Source: Guillardia theta CCMP2712 (Eukaryota > Protista > Cryptophyta). Taken from it: a DNA stretch of 41,650 nucleotides. Positions 33,058 to 41,650 of this stretch are shown piece by piece. The number at the start of each line of letters is the position of its first letter. Position 1 is the stretch's first letter. The stretch covers positions 1 through 41,650 of the forward strand of contig NW_005434409.1 in assembly GCF_000315625.1 (NCBI RefSeq), read 5' to 3'. The notes under the pieces were generated by a model. That model did no database searches, had not been told where the DNA came from, and worked only from the letters and a program-made list of their open reading frames with translations. The translations under genes were made by a program, and so were the position numbers.

Positions 33058-36000
33058 CNNNNNNNNNNNNNNNNNNNNNNNNNNNNNNNNNNNNNNNNNN
33101 NNNNNNNNNNNNNNNNNNNNNNNNNNNNNNNNNNNNNNNNNNNNNNNNNNNNNNNNNNGCAGGCAGGCAGGCAGGCAGGCAGGAGACTCGGCGAAGAAGC
33201 AGGATGCACGGTAAACAAGAAGACCAAGAGGAAGATGAGCAGTCATGAGCAGTCCTGATTTAGAAGAGAATCTGCCCGAGAGAAGCACTTGAGGTTTCAC
33301 TCGTGTGACACTTGCATCGTTTGTATGTTATGGATGCTGTTGCCATGATTGCCATGACTTCCCAAGGGTACAAGGGCAGCAGCTTGAAGACTCTTCTCTG
33401 AATCTTAACTGACCTCCTGCATGATTCGATGATCAGGAAAACCAAAGCAAAGGCCCGAGCTGCTACCGGCGAGCAGGGGCTGCATCATGGCGGCTGTGAT
33501 GATGGGGATCCGACATGGTCATGTTAAGAAGAACGAGGAAAACGACGAGAGCGCCGCCAAGCTGCCGCAAGCGAGCGAGTGCAGCCTCGTGTCGGAGTTG
33601 GGACGACAAGTAGTGAGGTGAATCACTCGCTGCTGTTCCTCTTGCGTTGCTGACAGGCCTCGTCGCTCAGTCCTGTGGGAGTGACGTGGCAGAAGAGGAG
33701 GGTTATGCTCTCCCAGACGCGGATCAACTTCGGCAAGGCAGACACGGACCTGCTGATCGACTTCATCCCCCTCGTCGAGGTCAAGTCGGTAGTGCACAAT
33801 GTCAGGAAGCGGCACGACGACCAAGGGAGTCTCAAGCAACAAGAGCGCGACGGGCGACGTTCGAAGAAGTTGAAGAAGGCTGACATGCAGTTCTCCGACC
33901 AGATCTACTTCGCGGGCGACGACGAGGAGGAGGACGAGGAGGAGGAGCCTAACGTTTTCACCGTCTACACCATCCCCAACGGGCGAAACTCTGGGAGGCC
34001 AACCGTGCTGCGAGCTGGCGACAAGCAGGAGCTGGAAAAGTGGCTGGCTGGGATCGAGCACGCGAAGAAGGTGGCAGAGAGGATTGAGCTGGCGAAGGGA
34101 GACGTGGGGATGTTGGCGCGGGAAAGGAGGTTGGCGCGGGAGCTGTACGAGAGCTTCGGCTTCCAGCTCGCCATCGGCCTCGTCATCTTCTTCTCCTACG
34201 TCGCTTCCCTGGCAAACGCGCAGCTGCTGCCGGAGAGCGGAAGCGACATGGACAGAAACTTCAGGATCATTGAGCTCGCCGTCACAGCCGTCTTCACTCT
34301 GGTGCTGCTCGCTTACTTGCCGACCTTGACCCCAGCTGAGCGTGGAAGCAGGAGCTGGTCGTTAACCTTTTCGGGCACTGGTTCAACAAATTCTTCCGGG
34401 ACGGATGGAATGTGTTCGGTGAGTAGGCGACGACAAAGCTCTCCTCCTGACCCTCTCCCTGCCCCCCCCGCAGATTTTGTTGTCGTCATTCTCGCGCTGG
34501 CTTCGGTCATCTTTGACCAGATCCCTGCGATCAACGTTCTCCGTCTTGTCCGAGTCTTCAAGATGGTCAGACTGTTCAGGTTGTCCACTGCTTGTCATGT
34601 TGCATTGCTCCTCTTCCTCCACCACCTCCTCTTCTCCCCGTCCACCAGCTCATTCCCATGCTCCTGCGTCTTCTCCACATTTCTGAAGTCCAGGACAGTC
34701 GGAGAAGTTCTTCCGCTGCTCGTTCATCAGCAAGGATGAGATCGATGGAAGGAAGCGGTCTATTCAGAACTTACAGCAGCTTATCTTCGCCGTCAAGATG
34801 CTCATCTCGTTCGTGGATCAGATGGAGAAGAAGGACGTGGGAGCGAGCGCGATGAAGCAGACGAAGACGAGAAAGCAGATCCTTGACAAGCTCTTCAAGT
34901 CAAGCATGTGCACCTCCTTTGCCGCATGGAAGAGCGCGGTCTTCGATCCGCAGGAGGAGCAGGAGGAGCAAGAGGAGGCGAAGGAGAAGGAGGAGAAGTC
35001 AAAGAACTGCTGCATGAACTTGGAGAGGAAAATCTCGAGCATGCAGCAGCGACTGGATAGGATGGTGGAAGAGGAGGAGCAGGTGAAGTCGCAGCTGGGA
35101 AAGATTCTGTCGATCCTCGAGAAGGGCGAGCACAAATCTGCTCCTCACTCCGTCTTCGTCCTCCCCCCCGAGCCCCGCAGCCTCCCGGTGATCCATCGAG
35201 GAGAGGGAGGAGAGGGAGGGAGGAGGGAGGGAGGGAGCGGGGGCAGGAGGGGCAGCAAGGACGTGGAGGTGAGAAAGGGAGCTCGAAGGAACGGGAGGAG
35301 CAGGACGGACCTGGGGGATCATCAGACGCAGATCATCATGGAGAACGGACACTGCTATTTCTCGGGGAGAAGGAACGTCCCGCTGCCGGAGGAGGAGGCG
35401 GGAGAGAGGAGGAGGAGGAAGGACAGCAGCTCTCAACTCTCGACGCCTCGCGACGGATGTGGGCGCGTCCTCATCAAGGTCCCCTGGACGAGCCTCGCCC
35501 AGCAGGCCGTGAGCAAGGAACATGCTCGTAGTCAACCCCAGCTCCTCCCCAGCGACTGCAGGGACTCGTCGGTGTCGCTCCTCCTCCTCGACAGCAAGTT
35601 CGTCTTCCTCGAGGCCTTCCAGGGCGTCGCCTCGGCTGTTCAGGAGACGAGAGTCCAGCTGGGGGCAAGCTGGGAGGAGAGCTGTGCAGCTGCGATGGAG
35701 GAGATGGAGTGGAGGCTGATGAGGGAGGAGGAGGTTGACCTGCAGCAGAACATCTTGGTTGACCTCTCCTCCTCCGATCTCCTCGTCCAACGTCGCTTCA
35801 TATCGGCATGTGAGGATCAACCCTGCCCCCTTCTCCTCCTCTCCTTCCTTCCCCTCTGAGAGCTTCTCAGGCCCGCGGACTCACGGTTGGCATCGCGCGC
35901 GAGGTCAGCGGTGATGGAGGAGGGGGTGATCCTCGTCGACTCTCACGCCCTCCTCCTCCACGAGTCCACTCGCCTCGCCCTCCTCCGCTCCCTCCTCCTC

Positions 36001-36387
36001 TTCGACCCCCTCACCCCCCGACCCTCCTGACCCTCCACCCAGACCACCCCTCCTCCCTCTTCTTCATCTTCACTTTATTTGTTTCTATCGTTAAACGTTG
36101 AATCCCCACGTGGCTCGAAGAAGTTCCACGAGCTCCTGCAAGGTAAGTCAGTGAGAGAGGAGAGAGGAGGAGGATCAGAAGAAAGCAGCAGCAGCAGCAG
36201 CAGCAGGGAGGAGGGAGGAGGGAGGAGGGAACCTCGTCGTTAAGTTGGTATCCAGCCACCACATCAGCGTAATAGAGGAGAAGGTCCTTGACCATGACAG
36301 CTCCTCTAACCTCCTCCATCGCATCTTCAAGATCCCTGGGATACTGTCATGGACCTCCTCCTCCTCCTCCTGCTGCTCCTCCTCCTC

Positions 36388-36418
<31 letters not shown>

Positions 36419-37142
36419 ACCTCCTCCACCTCCTCCTCCCTCTCCCCTTACCTCATCGCTTCGCCCTCCGACATTTCTCCGCTCACCACCTTAGGGTGTC
36501 GAGCAGCCCGGTATCTGCCCAGCAGCTCCTCCAGCTCGATCGCTCCCGTGCGGAACGTCGGGTCCTCAAGGGACTCGAAGAGACTGACAACCGCCTAAGA
36601 CAAGAGTGAGAAGAAGAGGGAAGGGAGAGAGGGAGGGAGGGAGACAGAGAGGGAGAGAGAAGAGGGAGCGAGGGAGTGAGAAGAGGGAGCGAGGGAGCGA
36701 GGGAGCGAGAGAGAGGGAGGGAGGGAGGGAGGGAGTGAGGGAGGGAGAGAGGGAGAAGAGGGAAGGGAGAGAGAGAGAAGAGAGACGAGAGACGAGGGAG
36801 GGAGGGAGGGAGGGAGCGAGGGTCTCACTTCATGTTGGCGGTGGGTGAGAGGAGGGCGGAGGCTGCGGCTGAGGTCCTCGCACAGCACGTGACCTCCGTC
36901 CTCGTGTCTGCGAAAGATTTCCTCGAGCTCGTCGGCTCCCATGCTGATCCCGCAGTAGGCCATCACCGTGTTGAGATCCTCCCGGTCCAGTTGCCTCGTT
37001 CCCCTCGAGATGTGCGACATCGCTCGCTCCAGCCCCCGCAGCCCCGACGCTCCTCGACGATACAGCAGCCGCTGCCCACCCGTCAGACGCAGCACAGGCA
37101 GAGCAGCAGACCAGAAGAGTGTAAAGGAGCAGGAGGAGCAGG

Positions 37143-37174
<32 letters not shown>

Positions 37175-37207
37175 CAGCAGCAGCAGCAGCAGCAGGGTTA
37201 CCTGTAG
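32604..37207. repeat. Segmental duplication unit 2, with an expanded (GCAG)n tract at 32961-33181
   Basis: Paralogous to 18773-24797. Confidence 0.9.
33487..36030 (+). pseudogene. Internally deleted channel paralog: PH and S1-S4 kept, S5-pore-S6 and EF-hand lost
   Basis: Sequence equivalent to about 20690-22330 is replaced by an ~80-bp filler (34685-34765). A further 1-nt deletion lies near 35799 (TTCATATC versus TTCTATATC). Confidence 0.8.
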
Positions 37208-39849
37208 GTTGGCATGTGCGGCTTCGTATCCTCCTCCTTCTCGTCGCGAGCTCGCGGGGTCAAACGCCTGAGGCTCTCGCTGCTGCACTTCTCTCAGCAT
37301 CGCCTCGTAGTCCACCAGCTGATCGCCAGCTGAGAACCGTCGGCTCAGCGTGTGCAGCTCGTGGTCGTTCAGCCCCAGACCAGCAGCCGCCATGACGCGC
37401 TTGAACGTTGCAACCTCCAGCTGGCCTCGCCCGACGCGGTCGAGCTGTCGCAGACTGACGTCGAGGGAGGAGGAAGGGGAGGAGGAGGAGATCTTGGCGA
37501 GGACGCGACGGGGGTCGGAGGAGGGGAAGACGTCGCTGTTGTCTTCCATGTACTTGAGCGAGAACTCGTCGGCATCGACGAGCACGAAGGCGCGGGAGTA
37601 GACAAGGACGCGAGCCCCGAGGAAGAGGTCCGCCTCGGAGTAGTAGAGGGAGGAGTGCGGCTTCCTGACCCTGCATCGCTCCATGAACTTGCCGCCAGTC
37701 CTGCCAGAGTTCTTGACGGGAGGCTCGAAGATGGAGAGCTCGTCCGTGTCCAAGAAGTAGGTGACGGTAAAGACCCGCTCGATGTCAAAGCCAACAGCGT
37801 TCTCCAGCTTCGCCACTGCATCCTCGTCATTCCTCATCATCATCATTCTCCTCCATCCTCTACATCATCATCTCCATCATCATCTCCACAATCACCATCA
37901 CCATCACCATCACCATCATCATCATCATCATCTTTCCTCTCCTCCATCTCTCACCGAAGCGGAGCATCTTCCCCTTGTTTTCCAGCAGGCGCGTCACGTT
38001 CCCCTTCGGGGGTTTCGGGTGCAGGGAGAGGCAGTTCTGCCGGCTGTCCTCCTCCTTCCCGAACCCGTTGTGCGGGGGGATGTGGGACGCACTTTTGGGT
38101 CGATCCCTCGAGCGGGGGAGGGCGGAGGAGGGGGCGGAGGAGAGGGTATAGCGGGAGAGGTCGACGCCATGCTGCTGCTTCATGTGGTCTCTCGTCGCCT
38201 CGTCGCAGGAGTCCAGCACCAGCTGCCGTCCGAACACGTTCACCACACCTCCTATCTGCAAGTCCCTCTCCGTGACGTACTTCCTCCCGTCCCCTCCCAT
38301 CATCCCGCTGCTCCCCCCGCCCTTGGGTAGCTTCATGCGCTTCAGCAGCGCGGGGAACGGATCCCTCCCCGAGTTGGGGGTGTTGACCTCAAGCACCTGC
38401 GCCCACCAGTCAGCCACCAGAGTCTAGTCATGCAGGAGAGGATGAAGGGAGCGGCGGCAACAGGAGGAGGAGCAGGAGAAGGAGAAACGAGGACAAGACC
38501 TCGACGGTGTCGTCAGCAAGGAAATAATGAAGCACGAATGGCCTTCGCTCCATCGCCCCGTCGTTGCTTCGATCATTCCAGTGGCAATAAAATCTCAGGA
38601 CCTGCCACGTGGGTCAGTTTGAAGAGGAGCAGGAGGGGATGTTGTTTTCCCACCTTCCTGTCGTTTCGGAGATATTGTGTGATGAGCTGCTTCTTATCCT
38701 GCACCTCAGAGTGTGAGTGGTAGAGAGGGAGAGGGAGAGGGAGAGGGAGAGGGAGAGGGAGGCTACCTGGCATTTTCCGAGCTTGGCTTCGATGTATTCC
38801 GTCATGTCGTTCCTCTGTCTCCCATGATACATGTCCATCTTCACCTCCTTCACTGACGTGCTTGACTTGGCGGAGGAGGGGCGCGAGAATTTTGGGTCTA
38901 CAGGCACCTCCTCCTCGCCCACCGCGTACCCGAGGTCCTCGTAGAACTGCCGCGTCAACTGATCGCACTTGGTGATGCGGAACACGCGCTGGTAGATGCT
39001 CAGGTCGCCGGGCACGCGGATGTCTCGCCACGTCAGCGGGCCCTCCCCTCCTTGCTTCGGGATCTTGTGGCGCTTGAGGAAGGAGCCCTGCAGGAGGCCG
39101 CAGTTTTCTTCCCGCGGCTCGAGGATGCGCATAGTGTCGTCCTCCAAGAAATAGTGCAGAACACATCGCCTCACCCGCGAGCGCTCGAGCGGCGAGTCCT
39201 CGACGGACTCGCGGAAGAAAGCTTCGAAAGTGAGCACCTTGTTGTCCAGCGAGATCCACTTGGGGATCTTGGACAGCGGGAGCACCGACGGCTGCTGTTG
39301 CTTCGCCGAGGCAGGACGAGCCTTTTGGTTCTCCACCGTCTTGGCGAAGCTCGGGGACGCAAGTTGATCTTTAGCCCATGCGGGGATGCTGTCGAACGTG
39401 ACTGGAGCTCGCTGAGCAGGCGCAGAGTGAGGGCGGAACCTGCCAGCAGAGCCTCTGCTGGAGAAAACCTGTCGCTGCTCGTGGAGGCGAGAGACGTTGC
39501 TTGAGACCTCGTTGCCCTCCCTCTCGCTCGCCCTCCTCTCCTCCTCCATCCCGTAGCTCCTCGCTGAGCTTTGATTGAGGCGGCTGGAGGCAGCAGAGGG
39601 AGGACGCGAGCCGATCTGCTGCCCCTGCACAAACCCGTCGAAGTTTGCGATGCCCTTGGCAAAGGAAAGGCCCCGGCCCTTGCGCAGGTTGGAGCCAAGA
39701 GCATCGGTCGGGAAGGGAGCGACGTTGGCGGTTGTGTGGCCGAAGTCTCGGAGGGCGCTGTGACCGCGATCGAAGTTGAGGGTCTGCTGCTTCACAAACG
39801 CAGACCGACGAGGGTCGTAAAAGGACGACCCTATCCCACTCGGAAACAT
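36091..39849 (-). CDS. EFHC1/EFHC2 (RIB72)-like axonemal protein: three DM10 domains, EF-hand region and a calcyphosine-like C-terminus
   Basis: DM10-1 LDNKVLTFEAFFRESV...YFLEDDTM...NCGLLQGSFLKRHKIP. DM10-2 YLRNDRKV...EVNTPNSGRDPFPALLKR...CDEATR, followed by PPHNGFGKEEDS. DM10-3 KMLRFVAKL...YFLDTDELSIFEPPVKNSGRTGGKFMER...DADEFSLKYME. The tail has RRGASGLRGL...LRPPLT and ends ELVELLRATWGFNV-stop. Confidence 0.9.
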
Positions 39850-39924
39850 GGCGCTATAGACTCTGCTATCCTCTCACCACCTGCATGAAACGGAATCAGT
39901 GGTTGGATCACACACAAATCAAAA

Positions 39925-40015
39925 GGAGTTGTTGAAACAACCATACTCTTCCTTTTGCTGAAACAACCATACTCTTCCTTTTGTGCTCGAAGAGTATGGT
40001 TGTTTCAACAACTCC
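39925..40015. repeat. Perfect 27-bp inverted repeat enclosing an extra partial direct copy
   Basis: GGAGTTGTTGAAACAACCATACTCTTC (39925-39951) and its exact reverse complement (39989-40015). Confidence 0.92.
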
Positions 40016-40782
40016 ATTTCGATCACATATGCATGTCAAGAAATTTTCATCTGCTTCAGATTTCAACCAACGTGTGCGCTATTGAAGAACCACTTCATTC
40101 CGAACACCCCCTTCATCGTTTTTTCACCATCTCGTCTCGCATGTTGCTGTGAGCTGCTTTCGTCGTCCATCTTTCCTTCTCCGTCTCCCTTGCTCCTCCT
40201 TCCTCTCTCTCCTTGCCATCATTTTCTCTTTTCGAACCGAAACTGACGAGTACCCTACCCCTGTCCAAAACTTACCCTACCCACCTGCGAAAACAAAATC
40301 CTGGATGCACCCCTACTTTTAGCAAGTAAATGCAATCAAAGTACCCCTTCATTAATACCCCTACCCCTATATTTCAACCACAATCCCCTTTCGATGTTCC
40401 CAAGGAACGGCTGGAGGAGGTACCCCTACCCACCAAGTTTTGAAAATCCCTCGTTTCAGAAAAGGAATTTGCCTACAAAGTAGGGGTACTTGGATACCCC
40501 TACCCCCATAGAAATTGAATCGTGATAAGTTGAGGTTCACCTACCCCACACGGGACTGGGAACAGGAACAGGTCAAAGGGACACCCTTCAAGTAGGGGTA
40601 CTTTTGACTGTATTTGGAGGGGTGGGAGTACTCGAGGGGATGTGAGGGTGATGATAAAATTGGGGACGTGAGGATCACGGCATCGCCGGGTACAACAGCT
40701 AAACTTTCTGAAAGTTTCTCATAAAAAGGTGAATTTCGTTTTATTTGCCCTGTTTCCTTGGAAGGTCTAGCGAAGGTTCGCC

Positions 40783-41650
40783 ATGCTCGCGCGCCTGCTG
40801 CTGCTGCTGCTGCTCGGTGAAGAAGAAGAGAGGGAGAGAGAGCGCGCGATGAAGAGGAGAGGGGTAGAGGGGGAGGAGAAGGACAGCACAGAGAGGCAGA
40901 GGAAGATAAAGAGATGGAAAGGAGACTGTGGAGGTTTGGGGCTGGAGGCTAGGGAGAGGAGAGGAGAGGAGAGGAGAGGAGAGGAATGTTTCAGCTGATG
41001 CTTTTTGTGTTCAGGCCTTCAAGGCTCGTGTGCTTTCTTGACCATGTCAGACCCACATGCGATCCTACAGAAGCAGAAATTTTCATGGCAGCAGACTATG
41101 CTCAGGTCCTCCTCCTCCTCCGCTCCCCCACCTTCTCTGACGACACTATCAGGGTCAAGGATCCGGTCAAGTCGCTATCCTTCTACCGCGACACGATGGG
41201 CATGACGCTGATCGACAAGCTGCAGGCATGGGAAGACGGAGGAGAAGGAGCGTGACCCGACAGCAGTTCCCCGACATGAAGTTCGACCTCTACTTCCTCT
41301 CCACCCTCCCCGCCAACGAGAAGTACGAGCTTGAGCCCGGTGAGCCGGAGACACACGAGGAGGGAGCGAGCGAGGAGAAATAAGAGGATGACTGCGGCTG
41401 ACCTTCAGGGTCGGATGCTGCGCATCGATACCTGTGGACGATGAAAGGAACCACGTTGGAGCTGACGCACAACTACGGGACCGAGACGGACGAGGCGTTC
41501 AAGTATCACCCTGGCAACCAGGTAGCAGCCGAGTCGCTGGCTTCCCCTGACGAGGCTCAGGAGCGCGATGGCTTCGGTCACGTCGCCTTCAACTGCAATG
41601 ACGTGAGTCCGAGGGAGCGGTGGCTGCGAGAGAGAGAAAGAGAGAGAGAG
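40783..41650 (+). CDS. GLO1: Lactoylglutathione lyase (glyoxalase I), 5' part; continues beyond the window
   Basis: Spliced product: MLARLLLLLLLG|LQGSCAFLTMSDPH...FSWQQTMLR|VKDPVKSLSFYRDTMGMTLIDKLQ|FPDMKFDLYFL...LELTHNYGTE...YHPGNQ|ERDGFGHVAF. The intron at 41226-41266 is GC-AG. Confidence 0.93.

Overview
Eukaryotic nuclear DNA, most likely from a cryptophyte alga (Hanusia/Guillardia-like). This is inferred from 40-60 nt GT-AG introns with CTGAC branch points, microsatellite-filled longer introns and signal-plus-transit-peptide leaders. The left half (1-18 kb) holds a NEK-like pseudokinase, a SMYD-type SET protein head-to-head with PXMP4, an intronless MLO/EF-hand gene with one in-frame TGA, a highly intron-split PEP carboxylase and CMS1. 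The right half (18.8-39.9 kb) is a rearranged tandem duplication of a convergent pair: a PH + single-domain voltage-gated cation channel + EF-hand gene (+) and an EFHC/RIB72-calcyphosine-like gene (-). The left unit keeps the intact channel and the right unit keeps the intact EFHC. Between them lie gene fragments, two minisatellites, a possible CRE-like retroelement remnant and two rapidly diverging copies of an intronless, apparently plastid-targeted PD-(D/E)XK-like/coiled-coil gene. Glyoxalase I starts at the right edge. Six assembly gaps limit certainty. All exon models were spliced by eye and no database searches were run.
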